Shown: piece by piece, positions 7,539 through 16,814 of the stretch
How positions within the stretch are numbered: the first letter of the stretch is position 1
How the letters are laid out: each line of letters starts with the position of its first letter
Origin: an uncultured Lachnospiraceae bacterium
GTDB taxonomy: Bacteria > Bacillota > Clostridia > Christensenellales > UBA1242
Reading direction: 5' to 3'
NCBI GenBank assembly: GCA_964416085.1
Contig: CAYQCO010000003.1
Coordinates: 1-36,155, forward strand
Length of the DNA: 36,155 nt
Position numbers and translations under genes: made by a program
Notes under the pieces: model-generated
The model's database searches: none
What the model saw: only the letters and a program-made list of their open reading frames with translations
Told to the model about the DNA's origin: nothing

Positions 7539-9389
7539 TTATTCTCCCAAGTATTTTTTGTGTTCATTGATATGTTCAATGATACGTTTTTCTATTTCTT
7601 TTCTATTGTCTTTTGTTTTTATTTCACTGCCCAAAACATAACTAATATGTTCATTGATATGTGTTGTGTGGTCATCAATTTCTAACACATCAACACGATT
7701 GTTTACGAGTTCCAAATTTTCTTCTTGTGCACGATTTATGTGTAGGGTATGGATATCCGTAGAGTTTTCCCACATACCAAAGCCCAACAAATCAAGACAA
7801 CGTTTTCGCATATTGTGAGAAAATTTGCCGTCTTCATCATACATAAGTCCAGCATTAATCAAATCTAGCAGCATTTGTCTTTTGGTTGCAACTGTTTCGC
7901 CCAATGTCCTTGTTGAGTCAAAAATTACATCATCGCAACTGATTTCGTTGTTGTCCCAATAATACATCTTCATTTCACCATTGTCGCCAGCAATTTTGAG
8001 CAGTCTTGGAACGACCGCATATTGCTTGTAAAGTCTTAATACAAACTTGGCAATTTTTACTTGTGAAGATTTTATTTCATCAATAGTTGATTGAAGTCTT
8101 TGTTCATCACTTTCCAACAAAAGTTGCAATGCTGTCCCTGAAAGATTACTAAATGCTGAATAGTTTTCTTGCCACAAATCATTTACACCTGACACATTTG
8201 TAAATTCATCCAAAAGCCTATCTTCTTCGCTTTCAAAATGGTCGTGGTCAGACGGAGTTGACATAATTTCTGGTGCCTTGCTACCCTGTCTATACACAAG
8301 GACTTTACCAGGAGAAAGTCCATCTTGTTCCAGTGCATCGGTATCCACACTGCCTGATTCCACTGTCAAAATACCCATTGCTAATCTGTTGAAATATTCG
8401 TGTTTTCTATTTCTAACCGCATTGTATGCTCTTTGAATTGGAATAACTCTTTCTATAATGCTTGAACCAAAGAAACTGCCCGGAACATAGTTGCTAATTT
8501 GTTTTACAAACGGCAAATCTCTTTCACCATTTTCTCCATTAATATATGGCAATTCGCCGTCAAACAAGAGTTTGTCGCCAGCAACTATTGTGAGTCTCCC
8601 ATTTGGATTTTCGGCTGTTGGGCGAGTGTATTTTTCAATCACGACACAGCAGTTGTTCATCTCTTTGTTGGCGACTTTGCTAATCTGTGAGTCATAACCA
8701 AGTCCGCCCACTGAATTAAATCCGCTATCCAAACTAAAGGAATAGCATTTTTCTGCCTTGACTGTTACTCCATACATTGATTTTATCAAGTCCACATCCA
8801 TAGTTTTTGCGTGGATAATGCTTCTTATATCTTCCAATCTTTCGCACGCGAGATTGTCTGGAAAAATTTCAAACGGTGAACACACTGCAATATCCACATC
8901 ACCTAGGCGTATTGCTTTGGATTTTTCATTTTTTGCAAACACTGAACCTATATCATTGTTCCACACGACTTTGTAAAATGCTGTTCCGCAAATTTCGCTC
9001 CACGTGGTTGCTGTTCTAATAATAGATTTTAAATCTATTCGGTTGGCTACTGATGAATAAATTTCCTTGCTGAGTTTTGCTGCATATACATCCGCGTCAT
9101 CTGTGGATGCTGGCATAACGTGGATATCTGATTGGAGTTGCAATAGTTTGGCAATACGGTTTTCGACAATCGGTGTAATGTGGTTGAACACTTCTCTTTC
9201 TTGCCAAAAATATTGCTTGTCCAAATCTGATACGCTATTGTTGGATTTTATGTAACTATATTGGTTGCCTAAATAAAAATTGATGTTTAGTTGCCATTGG
9301 GCTTCTAGGCTACGTCTTTCTTCTCTACGTTTTAGATAGTCTTGTCTTGTCGCTTGAATTAATCTCTCTTGGTTAGATTGCTTTGTCAT
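7539..9389 (-). CDS. Phage portal protein (616 aa)
   Basis: FYLGNQY, NHITPIVE, G.AFYKV.W, SPFEIFPD, FFGSSIIE.VIPIQRAYN and SGTAL motifs of P22-like portals; lies between terminase and scaffold. Confidence 0.85.
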   Translation of the reverse strand: MTKQSNQERLIQATRQDYLKRREERRSLEAQWQLNINFYLGNQYSYIKSNNSVSDLDKQYFWQEREVFNHITPIVENRIAKLLQLQSDIHVMPASTDDADVYAAKLSKEIYSSVANRIDLKSIIRTATTWSEICGTAFYKVVWNNDIGSVFAKNEKSKAIRLGDVDIAVCSPFEIFPDNLACERLEDIRSIIHAKTMDVDLIKSMYGVTVKAEKCYSFSLDSGFNSVGGLGYDSQISKVANKEMNNCCVVIEKYTRPTAENPNGRLTIVAGDKLLFDGELPYINGENGERDLPFVKQISNYVPGSFFGSSIIERVIPIQRAYNAVRNRKHEYFNRLAMGILTVESGSVDTDALEQDGLSPGKVLVYRQGSKAPEIMSTPSDHDHFESEEDRLLDEFTNVSGVNDLWQENYSAFSNLSGTALQLLLESDEQRLQSTIDEIKSSQVKIAKFVLRLYKQYAVVPRLLKIAGDNGEMKMYYWDNNEISCDDVIFDSTRTLGETVATKRQMLLDLINAGLMYDEDGKFSHNMRKRCLDLLGFGMWENSTDIHTLHINRAQEENLELVNNRVDVLEIDDHTTHINEHISYVLGSEIKTKDNRKEIEKRIIEHINEHKKYLGE

Positions 9390-9594
9390 TTTTTGCTCCT
9401 TTTTTAAATATTGGTTGTGGACTTTTTGGGATTATGTGTTGGCTTATGAGATTGTATAAATCGTTTAAGCAATTTTTGCACAAATAAAAATTGCCGTTGA
9501 ACACAAATCTCTTGTTGATTATGCGATAGTCGCTAACTCCATTACATCCGCTTACATCACATTTTATTTTGGTTTTTGTTCTCTCTATTTCCAT
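9373..9594 (-). CDS. Small putative zinc-binding protein (73 aa)
   Basis: CDVSGC...LCKNC; AAAGGAG RBS; overlaps the portal start. Confidence 0.7.
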   Translation of the reverse strand: MEIERTKTKIKCDVSGCNGVSDYRIINKRFVFNGNFYLCKNCLNDLYNLISQHIIPKSPQPIFKKGAKNDKAI

Positions 9595-9614
9595 TTTTTC
9601 TCCTTTTTTAACTT

Positions 9615-9726
9615 GGGGGTAAAAGCAACGGTCACAAAGTGACCGTTTGACTTGTCCGCGAGCGGACAAGTTGCGCGATTTAAAAAGCGGTGCAAGGGCT
9701 TGTTTAAATCGCGCGCTTTTGCCCCC
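9615..9726. repeat. Cloverleaf palindromic repeat family A, variant with extended third arm
   Basis: GGGGGTAAAAG/CTTTTGCCCCC, AACGGTCAC/GTGACCGTT, CTTGTCCGC/GCGGACAAG, GCGCGATTTAAA/TTTAAATCGCGC. Confidence 0.88.
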
Positions 9727-9996
9727 CTATTCTCCGTTCAACTCTTTTAATAATCTAATTTTTTCTTTTTCCAATTCTTCATCTGTCATTGACTTATATT
9801 TGTTTGTGTTATCCAAATTGGTGGTATAAATCATCTTCACAACATCAACACTTGGTGGCAAGGTTTTGGAGTTGACTTTCTTTTTTATCAACTTCATTTC
9901 GCCGTCTTTGTCAGCCGAATATTCTTTTGTCACTTCTTTCACCACAAGACCTTTTGCAAGTGTTTTTATTGCTTCAATAGTCTCTTCATCAAGCAT
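9727..9996 (-). CDS. Terminase small subunit-like protein (89 aa)
   Basis: AIKTLAKGLVVKEVTKEY...KTLPPSVDVVK...SMTDEELE resembles the oligomerisation region of Firmicute phage TerS. Confidence 0.5.
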   Translation of the reverse strand: MLDEETIEAIKTLAKGLVVKEVTKEYSADKDGEMKLIKKKVNSKTLPPSVDVVKMIYTTNLDNTNKYKSMTDEELEKEKIRLLKELNGE

Positions 9997-10000
9997 TTTT

Positions 10001-11419
10001 TCACCTCAATCTTAATCTTCTTATCATTTTTTCTTTCTCCTTTTCTACTATTGATTTTTCTTGTGGTTTTGGTTTATTTTCTGGCCTTGTCATAAGATAA
10101 TATCTCAACTCGTCAAGGCTGTGGTCGTCTTTTTTTACTGGAACATCACTGTTGCCCCAATGATATGTTTTTAGTTCTCTAATAAGGTTGGTGCAAGTCT
10201 TAAAAATAAACAATCTTGACTGGCCTTGTGCATTTTTTAGATATGCTTTTACCCTTTGTATTCCCGAAAACATATCTTTGTTGACTTGTGGATTGACCGC
10301 TATCCCATAATCCAAAAACAACTCAGTAACACTTCTTTGAGATGCAAGTGTTGTTTGGTTGGCAGCACTGTCAATAATGGCTTCAATATTTCCGTCAAAA
10401 CCTCTATGCCAGTTTAGTCTATCGCTTATTGCCTTGATTTGTTCACTATGCCAACTAATATCTTTTTCGCTCTCATAATGTTCCGCCACCACATAAACAT
10501 TGCCGTCATAATCACAGCAATACCAATGTGCAGAAAGCGGATTTTTTAGTCCCGGGTCAATCGAAATTGTGTCTTGCCATTCAGTTGGAACATCGAAAGG
10601 TTCAATAACGTTGACCGTTTCATCAAATTCGGTATACACTCTTCCACCAAAATCCAAGAACTCGCCAAACTCTCTCGACCTAAGTTCTTGTTTGCTCATT
10701 GATGCTTTCATTGCATTTTTGGCTTCTTCACTTATATACGGATTGTCATCCCAACTCATAAATATATGCCAAATATTTGGGTCATCAAATTCGTTTAAGT
10801 AAATTTCGTTGTAAACATAAGTCAATCCTTTTAATGGTGTCATTGTTCCAAAAATGTTGCCGTTGGTGTCCAAAACTCTCATCTTGCACTCAACATAAAC
10901 ATCTTGTGGCGGTTCTTCATCAAACCAAACATAATCTAGGCTTGTGCCTTGAAATTTTTCTCTCCCTTGGTCGCAACTCTTAAACCCTATTCTAGATATT
11001 GTTCCAAACACATTCTTGATTAAGATATAGTCAATTACACCATTTGCAATGTCAGTCTTTCGTCCACTCGTCATCACCACATCAACAATCCAATCCGGAT
11101 TGATATAGTTCAAAACTTTGGCCTGCGCCACATCCCTTTGCACTTGGCTAGACAAAGACACAACCCAGCCGTTTGTTGCCTTGTTGATTTTTCTATACGG
11201 GTGATTGCCCCTTGCAAAATACACCACTTCGACCGCTCCACATTCGGTTTTGCCACTTCGATTGCCACCAAACACCCAACGGTTTTTCTTTTGACACTTG
11301 TGAAATTCCAGTTGCTTTTTGTGAATAAGTTTGCCAGTGTTGTAGAATTGGAGTTTATTTTTTTCTTTGCGGGATTTGATTTCTCTTTCAATCTCCAACA
11401 ACTCCTTGACAACATTCAT
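10001..11419 (-). CDS. Phage terminase large subunit
   Basis: Walker A GGNRSGKT, Walker B VWFDEEP, motif III TMTP, nuclease IDPG, IIDSA and DDHSLDELRY all intact. Confidence 0.95.
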   Translation of the reverse strand: MNVVKELLEIEREIKSRKEKNKLQFYNTGKLIHKKQLEFHKCQKKNRWVFGGNRSGKTECGAVEVVYFARGNHPYRKINKATNGWVVSLSSQVQRDVAQAKVLNYINPDWIVDVVMTSGRKTDIANGVIDYILIKNVFGTISRIGFKSCDQGREKFQGTSLDYVWFDEEPPQDVYVECKMRVLDTNGNIFGTMTPLKGLTYVYNEIYLNEFDDPNIWHIFMSWDDNPYISEEAKNAMKASMSKQELRSREFGEFLDFGGRVYTEFDETVNVIEPFDVPTEWQDTISIDPGLKNPLSAHWYCCDYDGNVYVVAEHYESEKDISWHSEQIKAISDRLNWHRGFDGNIEAIIDSAANQTTLASQRSVTELFLDYGIAVNPQVNKDMFSGIQRVKAYLKNAQGQSRLFIFKTCTNLIRELKTYHWGNSDVPVKKDDHSLDELRYYLMTRPENKPKPQEKSIVEKEKEKMIRRLRLR

Positions 11420-11500
11420 ACCGAGAGTTTACACCAAAGAAAGTGCTTTTTTGACTTTCGCTGCCATTTTTTTTCATTTTTCGTGTGTTATACTATTTTT

Positions 11501-12244
11501 ATGAAAGCATTTTTGTTGTTATCTATCATATCATTAATCCCCACAACCGCCGCCACACCAAAGACTTGGTATGGGCGCGTTTTTGACTCAAACATTTATT
11601 TTTATTCTTCACCTGTTGACGACAATGAACATATTATGTTTGCTATTGAGCCCAGTTATTTTGTAGAACTCACCGCCGACTTCAACTCAACTTTTTATTC
11701 TGCAAAATATATGGGGCTTTCTGGTTTTGTAAAGAAAAAAGATGTGCAACCAACGTCTGACACAATAAAAAATCCTTATCCTAGTCAAATATTTTTTAGG
11801 GTATATTTGCCCATAAGTCAAGTGATGTATTCCGCGCCATCTACCAGTGCTGATATAGTTGTCCAAATTCCAATTTATACAAAAACACTCAACTATATTG
11901 GCTCGTCTTTTGGCGAAGTTGCCATTGTTGAGCGGTCAAACAAATGGTATTTTTGCAAATACACTTTGGACAAAGAATACTTTGGTTATATCTACTCGGA
12001 AGGTGTTGACCAGTTGAGCAATATCCCCAAAAACATTGAAGAATGCAGTTATGTTGAGTTTGCGGATTTTTCTGCCCCTAGCACCAATTTAAGCGTTGTC
12101 TCAACCAGTTCAAAGAGTTTTAATTTGATCGTGGTTTTGAGTTGTCTTGGAGTGGGCGTGTTTATCATTTTGGTCGCAAAAAGTGGGATTATTTTACATT
12201 CTAAGCAAGAAAAAAAGGAAGTTACAAACTTCCTTGACAACTGA
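11501..12244 (+). CDS. Secreted or membrane-anchored protein with possible SH3b-like domains (247 aa)
   Basis: Signal peptide MKAFLLLSII, GFVKKKDV and FGYIYS motifs, C-terminal TM; the ORF extension upstream of 11501 overlaps terL and is likely spurious. Confidence 0.75.
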   Translation: MKAFLLLSIISLIPTTAATPKTWYGRVFDSNIYFYSSPVDDNEHIMFAIEPSYFVELTADFNSTFYSAKYMGLSGFVKKKDVQPTSDTIKNPYPSQIFFRVYLPISQVMYSAPSTSADIVVQIPIYTKTLNYIGSSFGEVAIVERSNKWYFCKYTLDKEYFGYIYSEGVDQLSNIPKNIEECSYVEFADFSAPSTNLSVVSTSSKSFNLIVVLSCLGVGVFIILVAKSGIILHSKQEKKEVTNFLDN

Positions 12245-12719
12245 CCTCCAACGGTTTTCTATCGCTTATGGTCACAATAGGTTGCGTTTTTGGTATCCAT
12301 TTTTCTCTTTGCATAATTTCTTCTATTTCTTTTTGGTATTTTGCCGAATTTATCTTGACCAAAAAATTGTTGATGGCGCTTTCCATTCTTCTAAATGTTG
12401 TTCTTTCTGATGACAATTTTAAAATCGCTTGAATATTTTGAACACTTGTTCGATATTTCATCTTTATCAAAAGAATTTGTCTATCCACAAGTTTCATACT
12501 GCCAACTATTTCATCAATTAACTCTTTCAGCCTTGTAAGTTTTACGCGTCTTTCCATCAAATCAACAATGCTGTTTATTACATCATAAGTTGAATAAACT
12601 TCTGGGTCCGGCCCATAATTTATGGCGTGTTTATAAATAAACTCGTTGACCATTTCGCATCTTTTGTCGATATATTTATACGCAGAAATCAGCATCTTGG
12701 CATCCTTTAAACTTAACAT
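12222..12719 (-). CDS. ArpU/RinA-like (sigma70 region-4-like HTH) transcriptional regulator (165 aa)
   Basis: Helical N-terminus followed by DRQILLIK...IQAILKLSSERTTFRR..SAI..F; GGGGTG RBS before ATG 12719. Confidence 0.6.
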   Translation of the reverse strand: MLSLKDAKMLISAYKYIDKRCEMVNEFIYKHAINYGPDPEVYSTYDVINSIVDLMERRVKLTRLKELIDEIVGSMKLVDRQILLIKMKYRTSVQNIQAILKLSSERTTFRRMESAINNFLVKINSAKYQKEIEEIMQREKWIPKTQPIVTISDRKPLEVSCQGSL

Positions 12720-12746
12720 TATATTTTTCACCCCACTTATGCTCTC

Positions 12747-12775
12747 AGTATAATCAAAAGGTGGCGTAAAGTCAA
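12747..12775 (-). promoter_or_regulatory. sigmaA promoter of the ArpU/RinA-like gene
   Basis: TTGACT, 17 bp, TATACT. Confidence 0.7.
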
Positions 12776-12790
12776 GAATTACTGCCACTT

Positions 12791-12850
12791 TTTTACAAAT
12801 TTCTACATTTTTTGACATTTTTTTACAAAAATATTACCATTTTTGTCGAA
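12791..12850. promoter_or_regulatory. Tandem Spo0A-box-like heptamers
   Basis: Minus-strand TGTAAAA, TGTCAAA, TGTAGAA and TGTAAAA at exact 10-bp period (12791, 12801, 12811, 12821), plus a perfect TGTCGAA at 12844-12850 (+). Confidence 0.5.
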
Positions 12851-12935
12851 CATATGGAACATTTGTCAATCAAAATGGGGCGGTCGGCGGGCTGGTGCAA
12901 GGGCCGGCCGGTCGGCCATATAAAGCCAACCATAT

Positions 12936-13042
12936 TGTCATATCGAGCGACAGCGAGTATATCTGGCAAATAGTTTAATATAGCCCATAAAATGTGCAAT
13001 ACTCAATCGCAAATACACTCACACTTCGTGTTCGGTATGACA
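12936..13042. repeat. REP/REPIN-like repeat family B doublet
   Basis: TGTCATATCGAGCGACAGCGAGTATATCT ... ATACACTCACACTTCGTGTTCGGTATGACA with the same spacer motif as the 2469 copy. Confidence 0.85.
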
Positions 13043-13133
13043 AGTTGTAGAGTTTGTTCATTGTGGCAAAGCGGATAAACAAAAAAAGGCGGTCGCGAGG
13101 CGTAGACGTGCCGAGCGGTCGCCCCCCCCATTA

Positions 13134-13763
13134 TTATTGTTCATTTTCGCACAAATTTACTTTTGATACCGAAATCTCATAAGCGACCTTTTTTATTGGT
13201 TCGTCTGTTTCGTTGTATTTTTTCAAATACTCTCTACTTTGAATTCTGCCAACTACTTCAAGTTTTGTGCCCACTGGCATACTGCCAACAAATCTAGCAT
13301 TTCTACCCCAAGTGATGCAAGGGATATAGTCACTTTTGTTGTAACTACGATTGACAGCCATAAGCATATCTGTAATTTCCCTATTAAATGGAGTTGTTCT
13401 GTAAATTGGTGATTTGCAAATATATCCAAAAATTTCTATAACATTTGGATTGCAGTTTGGGTCAAAATCGCAAAGTTCTCTAACAAACACTGTCAAAACG
13501 AGTTTGCTCTTGTCGTCTTCTAGTTTGTTGTAACTTCTAAATTGACCTTTGATAGCGACCATATCACCGAGTTTGATTTGTTTGCCGGCAAGCAATTTGT
13601 TGGATATTGTTACTGGAATAATATCTTCTTGACCTGACAATCTTGGAATTGCTAGTTCCATATTAAAAAATTCTTCATCATATACATCGTGACTAAACAC
13701 TGGTTCGCTTGCCACTCTGCCTTGTAAAAATACTTTGTTGTTGTCCAATAAATCGTGATTCAT
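13134..13763 (-). CDS. ssb: Single-stranded DNA-binding protein, clostridial tandem OB-fold type
   Basis: NNKVFLQG, RLSGQEDIIP, GQFRSYN, YRTTPFNREITD, SDYIPCITWGRNA, GRIQSREY. Confidence 0.9.
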   Translation of the reverse strand: MNHDLLDNNKVFLQGRVASEPVFSHDVYDEEFFNMELAIPRLSGQEDIIPVTISNKLLAGKQIKLGDMVAIKGQFRSYNKLEDDKSKLVLTVFVRELCDFDPNCNPNVIEIFGYICKSPIYRTTPFNREITDMLMAVNRSYNKSDYIPCITWGRNARFVGSMPVGTKLEVVGRIQSREYLKKYNETDEPIKKVAYEISVSKVNLCENEQ

Positions 13764-13772
13764 TTGTTTCTC

Positions 13773-14534
13773 CTATTTTTTTATTTGTATTCCTTGTTGA
13801 TTTATGGTGTAACCGCTTTCATACACAAGTTCTCCTACTGGAACGACTTTATAATTATTTTTTGTGAGAAAACTCAGCACCATTTTTAATCCATTTATTA
13901 TATTATCTGAATTGTTATGAAACAACACTATACTGCCACATTTTATTTGTCCGCACACTCTTGAAGCAATATTTTCGGCGGAAATTCCTTTCCAGTCAAG
14001 GCTGTCGACACTCCATTGAATTGTTTTTATACCCAACTCATCGCAATTAGAAATCAAATTGTCGTTATATGCGCCAAAAGGTGGTCTAAATAGTTTTGCT
14101 CTTACACCTGTTACGCAATATATTATATCACTATTTTGAACAATTTCCAACTTTTGCTTGTCTTTTGAGAGCGTTGTCATATCTGGATGAGTTGAACTAT
14201 GCAGGCCAATTTCGAAGCCACGATTTGCAATACTTTGAGTGGTTTCTGGATAATCTTCCACCCAAAAACCGACCAAAAAAAACGTGGCTTTCACGTTGTA
14301 GTCATCGCATATATCCATAATTTGTTCTGTTTTGTCAGCACCCCACGCGGCATCAAATGAAATTGCGACTTTTTTTTCATCTGTTTTTACCGCATAAATA
14401 GGCACTTTTTTTGTCTTAATATTAAAATAGATGTTGGCAAGCAAGTTGCCCTTAAAGCCCAAACTTGCAAATATTGCCACAAAGCATATCAACACTGCGT
14501 TTGCGACAAACAATTTGTTTTTGAGTCTTTTCAT
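13773..14534 (-). CDS. Polysaccharide deacetylase (NodB domain, PdaB-like)
   Basis: ISFDAAWG, ATFFLVG.W, HSSTHP, FRPPFG, WSVDSLDW, IVLFHN; N-terminal TM. Confidence 0.9.
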   Translation of the reverse strand: MKRLKNKLFVANAVLICFVAIFASLGFKGNLLANIYFNIKTKKVPIYAVKTDEKKVAISFDAAWGADKTEQIMDICDDYNVKATFFLVGFWVEDYPETTQSIANRGFEIGLHSSTHPDMTTLSKDKQKLEIVQNSDIIYCVTGVRAKLFRPPFGAYNDNLISNCDELGIKTIQWSVDSLDWKGISAENIASRVCGQIKCGSIVLFHNNSDNIINGLKMVLSFLTKNNYKVVPVGELVYESGYTINQQGIQIKK

Positions 14535-14649
14535 AGATATCTACCTCTCTACTTTACACAAATATATGAAAAAAAGAAACAAATTAGCACTCTAACTTGT
14601 TTAATTTTTTGGGTTTTTTGGTCGAAATTGGGCGATTTTTGGCATAAAC

Positions 14650-14735
14650 GGGGGCAGTCCTGCACACAATGTGTGCGGTAAGGTGGCCCTGCCACCTTAC
14701 AGTCCGCTCGCGTGCGAGCGGACCGGACTGCCCCC
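14650..14735. repeat. GC-rich cloverleaf palindrome with family A architecture but divergent sequence
   Basis: GGGGGCAGTCC/GGACTGCCCCC closing GCACAC/GTGTGC, GTAAGGTGGC/GCCACCTTAC and GTCCGCTCGC/GCGAGCGGAC. Confidence 0.75.
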
Positions 14736-14862
14736 ACCCCAAACTCTTTGGCCAAGCATATTCTCCCATATATTTCAAATCCCTAATAGTTGAACACGTT
14801 ATTCTTCAACCCAAGCATATTAAAAGGGCGGTCGCACCGCGCAAACGTGCGGTGCGGTCGCC

Positions 14863-15639
14863 CTATCCATCAATAAACCTCTTTATTCTTTCTAGTGCAT
14901 TTTTTTCAAGTCGACTAACTTGTGCTTGCGAAATACCTATTGACTGCGACACTTCCATTTGTGTTTTTCCAATAAAATATCTCAAATTCAATATTTGTTT
15001 TTCCCTAAAATCCAATTTTTTCATTGCTTCCAACAAATCAGTGTGCTCTGTCCATTTTTCACAGTCTTGGCTCTCGTCTGCAATGTGCTCAGCAAGACTC
15101 ATAGTTTCGTCAGTGTCAGTTTGAAAACTGTCATCCAAACTCAACGGCTCGCTGACCGCATCAATGGCATCCGCCACTTCAAAAATTGTGAGATTTAAGT
15201 CCCCTGCAATTTCTTCCAGTCCAACTTCATCAGTCCTATCCTTACTTAATTTTTCTTTGCTTTTCAAAATCAAATACGCCGTATCTCTAAGACTTCTGCT
15301 GACACGCAAACTGCTGCTGTCTCTAATAAATCTTTTGATTTCTCCAACAATCATTGGCACTGCATAAGTGGAAAACTTGACATTAAGCGACAAATCAAAA
15401 TTGTCAATCGCTTTCATAAGCCCCACACAGCCAACTTGAAAAATGTCGTCCATATTTTCTTTTGAGTCAGCAAATTTTTGCGCCACAGACAAAACAAGAC
15501 GCATATTTGAGTATATCAACTCATTTTTTGCCATTTCATCGCCGTCTTTGATTTTTCTTATCATTGCGAGCGTTTCTTCCGCATTTAATTTTGGAAGTTG
15601 TGAAGTGTTGATGTTGCAAATACAAACTTTTCTAGCCAT
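14863..15639 (-). CDS. sigG: Forespore sporulation sigma factor SigG
   Basis: KVCICNINTSQLP N-terminus, DDIFQVGCVGLMKAIDNFDLS.NVKFSTYAVPMIVGEI, GKTQMEV...IGISQAQVSRLEK; GGAGG RBS before 15639. Confidence 0.93.
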   Translation of the reverse strand: MARKVCICNINTSQLPKLNAEETLAMIRKIKDGDEMAKNELIYSNMRLVLSVAQKFADSKENMDDIFQVGCVGLMKAIDNFDLSLNVKFSTYAVPMIVGEIKRFIRDSSSLRVSRSLRDTAYLILKSKEKLSKDRTDEVGLEEIAGDLNLTIFEVADAIDAVSEPLSLDDSFQTDTDETMSLAEHIADESQDCEKWTEHTDLLEAMKKLDFREKQILNLRYFIGKTQMEVSQSIGISQAQVSRLEKNALERIKRFIDG

Positions 15640-15786
15640 ATTGCCTCCATCAATATTTTTTTCTTGTAAAAAATTATTATTCAAAAATGACAAATTTCGT
15701 CTTAAAAATTATTTTTGTTGTATAAAAACAAATTTTTTCCAATTTTATCATTTCAGTTTTTTATTTTGATTTGCTAAAATCGTGAT

Positions 15787-16602
15787 ATGAAAATTTATAT
15801 CGAAGAATTTGTCATCATCAATTCGTTGATGTATTGGACATTTTTGTTTTTGACTACATATCTATTCAAATTTGAAACATCAAAATTGAGATTGATAACC
15901 GCAAGCATAATTGGCGGAGTTACAAGTCTGTTGTTTGCTCTTCCCAATTTAAGCCAACTAGAAATTTTGTTGTTGCAATTTTTATTGTGCGGATTTCTTT
16001 CAAGTTGGATAGTCAAAAATTTGAGTGCAAAAAAATTTTTTGCAAACATTCTCTGCATAACATTTTTGTCTAATTTATTTTCATTTATACTTGCTGGGTT
16101 TAAAAAAATAAATATAAAAAACAACACAATAATTTCATCAAGGCTTCCGACAATTTTATCGCTTGCGACAATATTATTGGTGTTTGCAATTTTGAAGTTT
16201 TTGCTAGATTTGTTACACCAAAAATTGAAGCAAACTTCAAACCTTGTTGAAACAGAACTTGAATATAACAACAAAAAAATCAAGACCATTGGACTTGTTG
16301 ACACTGGCAACAATTTAAGTTTTAAAAACACGCCAGTGAGTTTCATAAACTTTGAGATTTTTTCAAAACTAACTGGGATAAACTTGACTGATTTTTTAAG
16401 CAAAAAATATTCACTAGACAACTCAAATTTTGTTGACGTAAATTCACTTGCTGGAACAAAAAAATTATTATTAATAAAATTAAATAAAATAAAATTAAAA
16501 ATTCAAAATAAATATCAAATAATAGAAAATCCACAAGTTGCCGTATCATTAAAAATAAACAAAAAAGACTATAAAATGATATTAAATCATAATATTTTGT
16601 GA
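15787..16602 (+). CDS. spoIIGA: Sigma-E processing peptidase SpoIIGA
   Basis: MKIYIE N-terminus, multi-TM region, aspartic motif GLVDTGNNL; upstream of sigE. Confidence 0.85.
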   Translation: MKIYIEEFVIINSLMYWTFLFLTTYLFKFETSKLRLITASIIGGVTSLLFALPNLSQLEILLLQFLLCGFLSSWIVKNLSAKKFFANILCITFLSNLFSFILAGFKKINIKNNTIISSRLPTILSLATILLVFAILKFLLDLLHQKLKQTSNLVETELEYNNKKIKTIGLVDTGNNLSFKNTPVSFINFEIFSKLTGINLTDFLSKKYSLDNSNFVDVNSLAGTKKLLLIKLNKIKLKIQNKYQIIENPQVAVSLKINKKDYKMILNHNIL

Positions 16603-16814
16603 TTTTATAAAATATTTTTTAATTTGTTATCATTTTTTTAATTTTTAAATTAATTTTAATTATTTTATTTTTATTTTTAATATTTATTTAATTTATTTTT
16701 AATGATTTATATTTGATTTTTAGTATTTATTTTTTAAATTTATTTAATTATTTTATTTGAGTTATTTTGGATTAATTTTGTATTTATTTTACAATCAAAA
16801 ATTGGGAGAGTTTT

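Noticed and set aside
11138-11500. N-terminal extension of the 368 aa ORF
   Set aside because: It overlaps terL antisense; the signal peptide begins at ATG 11501.
1803-12719. Complete inducible prophage
   Set aside because: No integrase, att repeats, immunity, replication, tail fibre or endolysin gene visible; flanked by host genes and interrupted by host repeats.
14561-14588. SigE-type promoter (CATATATT) upstream of the pdaB-like gene
   Set aside because: Plausible from context, but the -35 match is too weak to support by eye.
15795-16421. 208 aa antisense ORF and other shadow ORFs in the track
   Set aside because: Fully overlap well-supported genes on the opposite strand or frame and lack recognisable motifs.
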